Shown piece by piece: positions 10,240 through 18,946 of a stretch of DNA of 64,000 nt. The position numbers were made by a program, and so were the translations under genes. Within the stretch, counting starts at the first letter, position 1. Each line of letters begins with the position of its first letter. The notes below the pieces were generated by a model. It was not told the DNA's origin and did no database searches. It saw only the letters and a list, made by a program, of their open reading frames with translations. The DNA is from a virus (lineage: Duplodnaviria; Heunggongvirae; Uroviricota; Caudoviricetes): the IMG/VR virus record IMGVR_UViG_3300025073_000001. One strand, 5' to 3'.

Positions 10240-10629
10240 TTATTCCCCACTTGCTGCTGCACCTGGAACAGTTTTATTTCTCATTTCCTTTGCTGCTTCA
10301 ATCAACATATTCCTCTCTTCAATTGTAATCGTTCCAGTATCTTCATGATTAAATTTATTCTTAGCATTTTTCAACAGACCTCTTTGAACAATTGCGGCCA
10401 TTTTCACCAACTGATCGTCATTCCTTATTGCCACATTTTGAAGATCACAAAGACCTGGAAGTAGAATGACAGCATCGTTCAAAGATTGAACGTATTGTCC
10501 AATATGAAGTGTTGCAGTTTCAATTGACTTTTGCTTTGCTTCAGCATTCTCGTATATTTTTTTCAGCAAGTCTTCAAACGTGATATTCTTCCCATCATCA
10601 GTTTGAAACAAGACTACTTCTTTGTTCAA
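10240..10629 (-). CDS. hypothetical protein
   Basis: 129-aa ORF. Confidence 0.4.
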   Translation of the reverse strand: MNKEVVLFQTDDGKNITFEDLLKKIYENAEAKQKSIETATLHIGQYVQSLNDAVILLPGLCDLQNVAIRNDDQLVKMAAIVQRGLLKNAKNKFNHEDTGTITIEERNMLIEAAKEMRNKTVPGAAASGE

Positions 10630-10643
10630 TTTAATTCCTCATG

Positions 10644-10880
10644 TTAGTACAATTCAATGTTATACCTATCTGAAATAGATTGTATAATTTTTTTCTTAAT
10701 TGTGTTTGGAGCATTTCTGTAATACATTTCCAACCAAGAATTGATCAATTCTTTTTCATGCTTTTGGTTTTTAGGAGATTGTTTGACAAACCATTGATCA
10801 AATTTTTTCATTATTTCAGAAATATTAAAAACTTCTTCCTTAATAATGCGTTTTACCATTTCTTTTAATGTTTCTTTCAA
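10644..10880 (-). CDS. hypothetical protein
   Basis: 78-aa ORF. Confidence 0.35.
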   Translation of the reverse strand: MKETLKEMVKRIIKEEVFNISEIMKKFDQWFVKQSPKNQKHEKELINSWLEMYYRNAPNTIKKKIIQSISDRYNIELY

Positions 10881-10896
10881 TTTAATTCCTCATTTT

Positions 10897-11172
10897 TTAT
10901 TCATCGTCATCTAAAAGATAGCCGTCAATTGTTCTTTCAGCGTGTTCAATTGCATCGTTTATTCTATCAAACCATTCTCTGTCACCTTTAAAAACATCTT
11001 TACTTTCAACGTCGTTTCCCATAACTCTATATCCAGAAGGAGGTTGATGAATGATTAAATATTTAATTCCTTCATATTCTCCTCTCTTTTCAATTGTTGC
11101 CTCAGTCAATCTGTTTTTTTTTGCAGTTTCTTCTTTGACAATCTTTTTGATAATCTGCCTTAGTTTACTCAT
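10897..11172 (-). CDS. hypothetical protein
   Basis: 91-aa ORF. Confidence 0.35.
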   Translation of the reverse strand: MSKLRQIIKKIVKEETAKKNRLTEATIEKRGEYEGIKYLIIHQPPSGYRVMGNDVESKDVFKGDREWFDRINDAIEHAERTIDGYLLDDDE

Positions 11173-11174
11173 TT

Positions 11175-11969
11175 TTATTCTCCATTTTGATAATCTGCGA
11201 ACATTTGTTCAATATAAGTATCATCGTCCTGAATTTCTTCTGGAAAATACAGAACTCTGTGCCAATACTTTGTTCCATTGACTTTAAAATCCATGTACAT
11301 TTCTCTGCAAATCGGCCTTAAAACGTTTACAACATCCGTTATTGATTGGGTTTTAACGTTGACTTGTTCTCGGATCATTATGTACAAGGCTTTCTTATTA
11401 AAGATATCAATTGAATGACTGTTTTCAAATAAGTTGAATATTGCGTCCAAAATCTGCAAATCTTTCTTCGCAAAAGGAACGACTTTTCCGTTCTTGAAGA
11501 AGAAAAAATACTCAAGATGAGACATTCCGAATTCTGCAAACTTCTTGCAAAAATCCCTCATCTCTTCGTGATATTCTTCATTGTAAGTTTCATTGTCTAA
11601 GTTTCTATGCTGGTCAATTGATTCAACTTCGCACCTGCCATAAGTATCTTCTCCAACCTTTCTCATATTGGCCCAACACCAATTTATCGCTATTCTATTG
11701 AAGTAAGAAAAACCTTTTAGTCCACGACCAATGTCAAATTTATCTAACCTTTCAACTAAGTGAACGACACACTCATGTTTTGAATCGTGGTAATTGTTTA
11801 TTCCATGATTGTGATGTTTCTTGTTATGAATAACGTTTTCTGCTAACTTATCTAATGCTGGATAAATTACCTTTGAAAACAATTTTTCTTTCTCAATGTT
11901 TGACTCAGACTTGACATATTGATCTATCGCTTCATCAACTTCTTTTCCAAAATAAGGTTTTTTTCTCAT
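11175..11969 (-). CDS. hypothetical protein (weak, unverified resemblance to T4 gp55-type late sigma factor)
   Basis: 264 aa; segment GFSYFNRIAINWCWANMRK loosely resembles gp55 region; not sufficient for assignment. Confidence 0.35.
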   Translation of the reverse strand: MRKKPYFGKEVDEAIDQYVKSESNIEKEKLFSKVIYPALDKLAENVIHNKKHHNHGINNYHDSKHECVVHLVERLDKFDIGRGLKGFSYFNRIAINWCWANMRKVGEDTYGRCEVESIDQHRNLDNETYNEEYHEEMRDFCKKFAEFGMSHLEYFFFFKNGKVVPFAKKDLQILDAIFNLFENSHSIDIFNKKALYIMIREQVNVKTQSITDVVNVLRPICREMYMDFKVNGTKYWHRVLYFPEEIQDDDTYIEQMFADYQNGE

Positions 11970-11990
11970 GTATATTTTTCCTAACTGAAC

Positions 11991-12230
11991 TTATTCATGT
12001 TCTGGTAATGGCATATCTGCAATTGATCTAGGTTCAATTCCCATATAACTCTCTTCATCATCTTCGTCTGGATGAATCCAATCAACGCAAATATTTTCTT
12101 CCGCAATTTCTAAGCATTTTCTTGCATAGAACTCAGCATATTATTTCATAGCATCTTTCAATCCTTCATAGCCTTTTATAAATACATGAGGATCAACGTG
12201 TTCTTGAATTAATTCATATATTTTATTCAT
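11991..12230 (-). pseudogene. LPEHE-family small protein with in-frame TAA (stop at 12141..12143)
   Basis: Hand translation: MNKIYELIQEHVDPHVFIKGYEGLKDAMK*YAEFYARKCLEIAEENICVDW...MPLPEHE*; homologous to four intact paralogs; stop replaces E/K codon before conserved YAE(I/F)YA. Confidence 0.5.
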
Positions 12231-12447
12231 GTTCTGGTAATTCTGTTTCTAAGATTAGTTTTCTCAATTCTTCAACTGAACATTTACTCCAATGTCCCAT
12301 TTTCTCATATAAATTTTCACAGTGTTGCTTGGCATAAATTTCCGCGTATTTCTGCATCAATTTTTTGACTTGAAATTTGTAAACGTCAATTTCATGTAGC
12401 GATAAAGTTCCAAGAACTTGATTGATTACTTCGTCAGTTTTATTCAT
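12223..12447 (-). CDS. LPEHE-family small protein (paralog 2)
   Basis: shares MxK..E.I....YAEIYAKxCLE...LPEHE with 12440..12724, 13086..13340, 19977..20198. Confidence 0.5.
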   Translation of the reverse strand: MNKTDEVINQVLGTLSLHEIDVYKFQVKKLMQKYAEIYAKQHCENLYEKMGHWSKCSVEELRKLILETELPEHE

Positions 12448-12724
12448 GATCTGGTAAATTTATATTTGTAATCGTTCTTTCATCAATAAAGCATTCATGA
12501 AGGATATTATGTTCTGAATAATTTAAACTCGTCAATCGATCAATTCCAGTTCCGTAATTAATTTGAATTCTTGCATTTTCAGCAGCAATTTCAAGACATT
12601 TTCTAGCGTAAATTTCGGCATAAATAATCATACAATCTTTAATAGGTCTATCTTTAAATGTTCCTATTCCAGGTGCAGATTCATTTTTAAAACGGGTTTG
12701 AATTATTTCTTCAATCTTTGTCAT
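12440..12724 (-). CDS. LPEHE-family small protein (paralog 3)
   Basis: MTKIEEII...IIYAEIYARKCLEIAAENA...NLPDHE. Confidence 0.5.
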   Translation of the reverse strand: MTKIEEIIQTRFKNESAPGIGTFKDRPIKDCMIIYAEIYARKCLEIAAENARIQINYGTGIDRLTSLNYSEHNILHECFIDERTITNINLPDHE

Positions 12725-13073
12725 TGTTCACTTCGTTTTCTTCGTTATTATTTTGTTCTTCTTTTAATTCTTTTAACTTTTGAACGACGTTTCCAATGCA
12801 AGTTTTAATTACTTTGAAAGCGAATCCAACTTCATCATCACTTGAAAAAGTTCCACGTTTATCAATCCTACTGATTTCACTATCAGCGTTCATAAACAGT
12901 TGCAGGAAAGCAATGTAATATTTTTCCGCATCCTCATAAATCTTTGCTTCTCGTTTTTCAACTTCAGCAATGAAATCTTCCAATTGTTTAGATTGGTGAT
13001 ATAAGTTGTAAACAAAGAATCCTTGAACAATGATGATTAGGACTGCTAATATTAATAAATAGACGTATATCAT
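12711..13073 (-). CDS. membrane-anchored hypothetical protein
   Basis: N-terminal hydrophobic helix MIYVYLLILAVLIIIVQGFFVY. Confidence 0.4.
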   Translation of the reverse strand: MIYVYLLILAVLIIIVQGFFVYNLYHQSKQLEDFIAEVEKREAKIYEDAEKYYIAFLQLFMNADSEISRIDKRGTFSSDDEVGFAFKVIKTCIGNVVQKLKELKEEQNNNEENEVNNDKD

Positions 13074-13085
13074 TTTAGATTTCTT

Positions 13086-13340
13086 TTATTCATGTTCTGG
13101 TAAATCTATATTTAAAATTGAACCTTTATCAATTGACCATTTGTATTCTAAATCATCAATTCGATTATAAAATCCTTCTTCAAACATTTCAACATTTTCT
13201 GATGCAATTTCTAAACATCTCTTAGCATAAATCTCTGCATATTCTTTCATCAAATCAGTTATAATCTTTTCAACATATCCAAGATTTTCTAATTGATCTG
13301 GAAAGAATTTTTGAGAAATCAATTCTTCTATCTTACTCAT
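13086..13340 (-). CDS. LPEHE-family small protein (paralog 4)
   Basis: MSKIEELIS...LMKEYAEIYAKRCLEIASEN...DLPEHE. Confidence 0.5.
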   Translation of the reverse strand: MSKIEELISQKFFPDQLENLGYVEKIITDLMKEYAEIYAKRCLEIASENVEMFEEGFYNRIDDLEYKWSIDKGSILNIDLPEHE

Positions 13341-14122
13341 TTTTCACCGAACATTTTATCAAAAGCGTCCAATCCAAATACTGGTTTTTCTTCCTTTGCT
13401 GTGATTGGTTTAACTTCTGGTTTAACATTTACATTCGTATTTAAATTGAACTTTTCTGAAGCAGTTGCCCAACGTTCAAATTCAAACCTGAATGCCATGA
13501 TGTCTGCGTGATGAAGAATATAAGGCATTGAATTCCTCAACTTGCTGTCTAAATCAAATCCAGCCAAATACGCTTTATTCGTCTCTTCATACATTCCGTC
13601 AGTGCATCGTATTCCAATCATTTCATTTAATGAGTAGGGAACTTGATAGTGATTTAAGAGGAAGAAACCTTTATCTGTAATTGGAATTTTAGGAACATTG
13701 GGATTCGATTTATAAATCTTACCTTGGTTTTTAACGTGCCAAGTCGAATCATTTACTACATAGTGCTCTTTTCCAATCCCAGGCAAACCAAGTTTCCCCA
13801 AATCGTGATGCATTGCTGCAAATTGCAATTCTTCCAAGGTAAAGTTATCAACTTTCATTCCCATCTTCATCCAAAGTTCCCATTGAACAATTGCAAATTC
13901 ATAGACTCGCAGGACGTGATCAATATATCCACCAGGGATAGCATTGTGAAAGTAATCATATCCAGATGCAGGAGCCATTTGAACCCGCATATCATCTGAA
14001 TCCAAATCATCGTACATTGCATTCAATGCATCTTTCCTCGTTGGAAATTGTTCGTTGATAATCGTTCTGAACGTTTGGTAATTTCTCGCAATTTGTTTTG
14101 CTGTTAAGGTAAATTCTGCCAT
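13337..14122 (-). CDS. HD-domain phosphohydrolase-like protein
   Basis: H...HHDLGK...HHAD pattern consistent with HD superfamily metal-dependent phosphohydrolase. Confidence 0.45.
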   Translation of the reverse strand: MAEFTLTAKQIARNYQTFRTIINEQFPTRKDALNAMYDDLDSDDMRVQMAPASGYDYFHNAIPGGYIDHVLRVYEFAIVQWELWMKMGMKVDNFTLEELQFAAMHHDLGKLGLPGIGKEHYVVNDSTWHVKNQGKIYKSNPNVPKIPITDKGFFLLNHYQVPYSLNEMIGIRCTDGMYEETNKAYLAGFDLDSKLRNSMPYILHHADIMAFRFEFERWATASEKFNLNTNVNVKPEVKPITAKEEKPVFGLDAFDKMFGEK

Positions 14123-14130
14123 TATAAAAA

Positions 14131-14358
14131 TTAAATTTTGTTTATTTTGAATTTTCTAATTCCTTTGAAGACACTGAAATTATCAATAAAATCATCAGTC
14201 CAAGGATCATTTAAAAATTTATGACCATTTTCACAAAACCAATCTGAACAACCGTCTCTTTCTTCATAATTTGGAAAATATTTCATTTTCTCAAGACAAA
14301 CGAAACATAAAATATCTGTTTGAATTGGATCGTCTAAAGTTTCAATGTTGAATTGCAT
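14131..14358 (-). CDS. small Cys-rich (zinc-binding-like) protein
   Basis: CFVCLEKMKY...CSDWFCENGH pattern. Confidence 0.35.
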   Translation of the reverse strand: MQFNIETLDDPIQTDILCFVCLEKMKYFPNYEERDGCSDWFCENGHKFLNDPWTDDFIDNFSVFKGIRKFKINKI

Positions 14359-14412
14359 ATTTCATAGATTTGCTAAAAGTGGTTTCAACTTATTAAGTTA
14401 TAAGATGAATTT

Positions 14413-15594
14413 TTATAAAATATTTATTTTATATGGATTACACTCTAATCCACTATTGACTATCTGACTTACGGCAGAATCACCAATTACTTTTCTTGCT
14501 ATTCCAATTGCTCCATTAATATCTGCATTAATCAACCTTCCAGATGAACTTTGAAATAAGCCTCTTTTCTTTCTTTTTCCTAAATAACTTTCTTGCTTTT
14601 GTAATGGTTCACAGGCTAAATTATCAATTTTTGAAGTATAAGATTCTTCAGTTAAAATAACATCAATACCGACCAATTTTGCTTTATATTGGATTTTCTG
14701 AATTAATTTAGCGTGTGGAATTTGAACAAAATTTTGATTAGTCTTGTGACCAAGGTTTATTCCGTTTTTCCATCCATCATTCTTACCAATAAAAATAGAT
14801 CCGATGTCATTTTCAATGCAGTGATTAATAATATATCTCGAAATTTTATGATTTTTATCTTCTATCCAAAAATTTCGATAATTATTTAATCTGGTAAGTC
14901 TTTTAGAAATTCCTTTAACACCGACATAAGACTTCAATTTAGCATTGTTTTTATTAAACCATTGATTGAAACTTTTAATTATCTTTCCATTAATAATGAA
15001 AGGTTTTCGTCCTACATTATTTATAGTTGAAACATAATTATTCAATCCAAGATCAAGTGATAAGAAGTTTTCTTTGTTTAATTCATGATTAATTTCCTCC
15101 TTTTCATATACAACTTCAACGACATAACAAGTTGCTTGTGGAATGATTCTTACTTGTTTAAATTTAGTTACATTTGTTTTTATAGGTTTTATAATATTAT
15201 TTACAAAATGAATATGACCTCTTTTTAATCTTGATGTGGTAGTTGTGAATGTAATCAAATTCTGTTTATCACCAACTTTAAATTTTGGTAACTTTGGTCT
15301 TCCTTTAAATTTACCAGGATTTTTTTCATATTCCTTCTTTGCTTTCCTCCATGATTTAAAATTTTGAAAAACTTGTTTTATAACTTGTTGAGAAACATTT
15401 GAAGGTAGTGATCTAAAATCTTCTTGATTAAATTCTGCACATAATTTAGAACATTCAAATTCAGAAAAATATTCCTGATTACCAAAGATTGCTTGTCTAT
15501 AATGATAGGTTACAAAGTTGTAAAGTAACCCAGATTTATGACAAATTTCTTCGAACCTATTGTCTAAAATTATATGTCTTTCTGTTAAAATCAT
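14413..15594 (-). mobile_element. tnpB: IS605-family TnpB-like protein (OrfB), solo; zinc finger absent, RuvC-II Glu apparently replaced
   Basis: 393 aa; N-terminal WED/REC-like region; RuvC-I LSLDLGLNNYVSTI; HK-S-YII helix; YTSKID; RuvC-III LINADINGAIGIARK; no CxxC pairs; position aligned with ISDra2 E278 reads IFIGKNDGW. Confidence 0.6.
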
Positions 15595-15606
15595 TTATTG
15601 AAATAA

Positions 15607-15834
15607 TCAAATGTTTGCTAAATTTTGATTTACAATTTTGTGAAATATTTCTTTTTCAATTGGTTTGGCGTTTCTGAACAATTCTTGACTGATTGATTCC
15701 TTTGAAATCAGCCATTTATCTTTGTGATCGTGAAATACAAGTGTCATGTATTTTTCACAATCAGAAATCTTGCCGTAACCTTTTCGCGTTATTCCTGCGA
15801 TGAAGTATTCAACTTGATAGTATTTTTCTTCCAT
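15607..15834 (-). CDS. hypothetical protein
   Basis: 75-aa ORF directly upstream of TnpB. Confidence 0.35.
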   Translation of the reverse strand: MEEKYYQVEYFIAGITRKGYGKISDCEKYMTLVFHDHKDKWLISKESISQELFRNAKPIEKEIFHKIVNQNLANI

Positions 15835-16376
15835 TAAAATTTTTCTAATTTGAATCCTATTGTTTCTAATTCAGTTGTATCTAAGAAAGTTTCGGATGGG
15901 AAAATTGAATATGAGTCAATGAACCTTTGAACGAACTTTCTAAATAAATCTGGTTTCTTCATTAAATTCTTCAATAGTTGATGCAGTGAATCTTGCCTGT
16001 AAATTAACTTCAGGTTCGATTCAACAAATACATTTTCTTCAAATAAAACATGGATGAACGATGGATGAATTATTCCTCTGATGTAGAAATTTAACTTGAA
16101 ATTCATTTGAACCGTTTTCAAGTAGTCAATAAATAGTTCTAAATCAGGATTGCAATTCAAACCACAAACTAAATAAAGGTTCAATTCAAATCCATCAGGT
16201 CTCGATTGAAGTTCTTCTCGTATTGGCTTAATTAATTCTGGAAGTGGCTTGGTTAAATCTAAATAAATAATGACTGAATCTGAAACCAAGTTTCCAGATG
16301 TCTGTTCTGGATTATTAGAAGTCTGCCTATTATCAGGTTCGTCTTCGTATAGATTGAACTTTTTTTCATTACTCAT
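15834..16376 (-). CDS. hypothetical protein
   Basis: 180-aa ORF. Confidence 0.4.
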   Translation of the reverse strand: MSNEKKFNLYEDEPDNRQTSNNPEQTSGNLVSDSVIIYLDLTKPLPELIKPIREELQSRPDGFELNLYLVCGLNCNPDLELFIDYLKTVQMNFKLNFYIRGIIHPSFIHVLFEENVFVESNLKLIYRQDSLHQLLKNLMKKPDLFRKFVQRFIDSYSIFPSETFLDTTELETIGFKLEKF

Positions 16377-16618
16377 CCGTCACCTAATCTAAAATCTCCA
16401 GTAATATTCATAACGTTTCCATGAACAATATTCTTGCCTTGAATAACGACATTTCCATTTCCAGTAATATTGGTTTTATTTGAAGATGAAGTTGAATCAA
16501 TTTCAATCTGATTAGAATCTCCAAATGGGAAATTCATTTGCTTTAAATCTTCAAAAATAATGGTTAGAACCCTTTTGCCATTAATTTCAAGTTCGCCTTT
16601 GTCTAGTTTAATTTTCAT
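16373..16618 (-). CDS. hypothetical protein
   Basis: 81-aa ORF, overlapping start/stop with neighbour. Confidence 0.35.
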   Translation of the reverse strand: MKIKLDKGELEINGKRVLTIIFEDLKQMNFPFGDSNQIEIDSTSSSNKTNITGNGNVVIQGKNIVHGNVMNITGDFRLGDG

Positions 16619-16745
16619 AATTTCTATTTTGTTTCTTACAAGTTAAGTGAATTTTCTGAATTAACCAAGGGTTTAACAGATTTTTAATTATTTTTATTCC
16701 AAGCATCAATTTCTTGATGACTCATCATTCTAATTTGTTCTCGCG

Positions 16746-17870
16746 TTAAACTTTTTTTTTATTCTGAAGTGACTTTGAAATGTGGTCTGCTAAATCAGAA
16801 GTTAAATTCGTATCAACTACCTTTCTCTTCTTTTCCGTTTCTTCCAAATTAACCAGTTCCTCATTACTTTCATTTTCTTCAGTTTCATTAATAACTGGAA
16901 TGACAACATTTTCTTTTACCTTTGTGGTTTGCCCTTTGGGCTTTCTATTATATTTTCTCTTCGGTTTGACCTGAGGTTCTTCAGTTGTATTTAAAGTCAT
17001 TTCTTTAATTTCATCTGGTTGAATTAAAGATTTATCTTTAACTTTTGGAGTTCTTGGTTTCTTTGAATCTCTAGTTAAATAGTGATTATTCTTGAAAGCA
17101 AACATTGAAACCAAAATTAACATAATTGCTAAAGGTTGAAATACAATTACAATCATGAGAATTAACCAGTTAACAATCTTGTTCATTGGAGAACCAGTTA
17201 GCTCAGCCAAGTATTTCAAAGGTCCTAATTCTGATGCATTTGAATTATTGGCTTCAATCTCAATCATTTCAAGTTCTAACCTTTGAACTGAATCTTGCAA
17301 TCCTTCAATTTTGGAGTTCAAAGTTAACTTTCTATCGTTGGATATTGATAACTGATTTTCAATTCCTTTCTTTGAAGTGACTTGAACATTGGTTACAACC
17401 TGACCTTTAATCACTTGTTGAGTCTGTGAATTAGTATTCAATCCAGTAGTCAAAGTTGAAATAGAATTATTAACTCCATCCAATTCTTTCTTGTAATCAT
17501 CAATTCTAAGTTGGAAATTATCTTTCTTTAACTTGACTAACCCTGAACGTCTTTGAACTATTTCATCTTTCATCGCAGTCTTTTGATAACCATCTGAAAG
17601 ATAACCATATAATCCCATTGACGTTATCAAGGTCAGAATCAAAACAACAACGATCAGTGGATATTTCAGGAATGGAGGTAAGAACTTCCAGAAGTATTTC
17701 AACGAAGCAGCAGTAACAATGTTTCCAAATTCAAACGAGAATGCGATGATGGTCGCACCAAGTTGATGTCCACCAAATAACTTTCCTAATCCATAAATGG
17801 AAAAGAAGGAACCTGTGACTGAAATTAAAATTGCTGAAAATAAAATTAAGTATGGGAAGAATTTCTTCAT
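16746..17870 (-). CDS. integral membrane protein with central coiled-coil and basic C-terminal tail
   Basis: multiple hydrophobic segments at N-terminus and around residue 235; Lys/Pro-rich tail. Confidence 0.45.
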   Translation of the reverse strand: MKKFFPYLILFSAILISVTGSFFSIYGLGKLFGGHQLGATIIAFSFEFGNIVTAASLKYFWKFLPPFLKYPLIVVVLILTLITSMGLYGYLSDGYQKTAMKDEIVQRRSGLVKLKKDNFQLRIDDYKKELDGVNNSISTLTTGLNTNSQTQQVIKGQVVTNVQVTSKKGIENQLSISNDRKLTLNSKIEGLQDSVQRLELEMIEIEANNSNASELGPLKYLAELTGSPMNKIVNWLILMIVIVFQPLAIMLILVSMFAFKNNHYLTRDSKKPRTPKVKDKSLIQPDEIKEMTLNTTEEPQVKPKRKYNRKPKGQTTKVKENVVIPVINETEENESNEELVNLEETEKKRKVVDTNLTSDLADHISKSLQNKKKV

Positions 17871-18144
17871 TGAATATAGTTAGCCCGTTATTGTTAATCT
17901 AACTTGGTTGAACTTTTACTTTATTTAAACGTTCCACTAAGGCAAACACACCGTGTTTGATCCGGCAAACCAAATTAAAAATTTGTTTTGGTAATTGGTT
18001 TTCTTTTACTATCTTTAACTAATAAGTATCAACATTCAATTACATTTTCGTTCTTGACAAAGTTAGTTAAAATAAATGACAATTCCAAATTTTGTGAGGT
18101 CTATTTTCAAAGTTTTTTTCTGTTAATAATTTGTTAATGATGGG

Positions 18145-18185
18145 ATGAAATCTGAAAGTAATTAGAAGTTAACTTACCTTTACAG
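18145..18185 (+). promoter_or_regulatory. promoter for plus-strand gene (AGAAGTTAACTTACCTTTA module)
   Basis: same 45-nt module as 42781..42835 (minus) and similar to 137..185 (minus); TACCTTTA -7-like box about 30 nt before ATG 18214. Confidence 0.4.
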
Positions 18186-18213
18186 TATTAATTTAAACGA
18201 AACAAACAAGATC

Positions 18214-18504
18214 ATGAAGAAATTCTTTTTATTTCAATGCAAAGGAATCACGGATAGGTTTTTCTGTGGAAATATTTATGAAGCAGAACCCACTGATGAA
18301 ATTCGATATCATGGTCAGGAAATGACGTTTGAATCTTGTGTAAATTTTGGTGTTTGTAAAGAGTTCAACAGTCGAAAGGAAGCAAACATCTTCAGTAAGA
18401 ATCAGGAAGATTTGATGGAAGATTCAAACAATTACGCCAACCGTGCAATGCATGATGAAGAAACTTTTGGGTGTGAAGGGGTTGATAATTGCTTGAATGA
18501 TTAA
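18214..18504 (+). CDS. Cys-rich hypothetical protein (only plus-strand gene)
   Basis: 96-aa ORF with own promoter and downstream bidirectional terminator. Confidence 0.45.
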   Translation: MKKFFLFQCKGITDRFFCGNIYEAEPTDEIRYHGQEMTFESCVNFGVCKEFNSRKEANIFSKNQEDLMEDSNNYANRAMHDEETFGCEGVDNCLND

Positions 18505-18520
18505 CAGCACTTTAAACTCA

Positions 18521-18558
18521 AAAAGCCTAATAGGATTAAGTTCCCGTTAGGCTTTTTT
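18521..18558. terminator. bidirectional rho-independent terminator
   Basis: AAAAAGCCTAA-(16 nt loop)-TTAGGCTTTTTT between convergent genes 18214..18504 (+) and 18580..18912 (-). Confidence 0.6.
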
Positions 18559-18579
18559 AATGAACAGCAGAATTTAAGT

Positions 18580-18912
18580 CTACATTCCAAATCTATACTT
18601 CTGGAAAAATACTTGCTTGGCTAATTGACAAGTTTCAACAATGCGTTCCAATTCCTTCGGAGTGCAATCATATTGAATTCCATGAATCCAAGCCTCCCCA
18701 AGTTTTGCTTCTTCAGAAATAACGTCCAAATCATCCAACGTACATTTGTAACTTTTGTTCCCGATTAGAAAATCTCCTGCGTGAACTTGGTTTTCTTTAA
18801 TTCTCAATTGAGTTCTGTTGGTAGAAGCGACTTCAAAATCAATGCTTCCAAAATACTTTCCGAGGTGTTTTACTTTTTCTTGGTTGATTCCAAATCTACA
18901 ATTAACTGACAT
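18580..18912 (-). CDS. hypothetical protein
   Basis: 110-aa ORF. Confidence 0.4.
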   Translation of the reverse strand: MSVNCRFGINQEKVKHLGKYFGSIDFEVASTNRTQLRIKENQVHAGDFLIGNKSYKCTLDDLDVISEEAKLGEAWIHGIQYDCTPKELERIVETCQLAKQVFFQKYRFGM

Positions 18913-18946
18913 AAAAGATATGAGGTGGAATCATTTAAGATTCCTT

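Noticed and set aside
11175-11969. Assignment of 11175..11969 as T4 gp55-type late sigma factor
   Set aside because: Only one short loosely similar segment; insufficient evidence, so it was left as hypothetical.
14359-15606. A complete IS200/IS605 element with TnpA and defined left and right ends
   Set aside because: No Y1 HuH transposase ORF (HxH motif) is present on either side of the TnpB-like gene. Only about 12 nt separate it from the upstream gene, so it is a solo gene rather than an intact IS.
16762-16771. T9 run at 16762..16771 as terminator
   Set aside because: It lies inside the coding sequence (Lys codons of the basic C-terminal tail) of 16746..17870.
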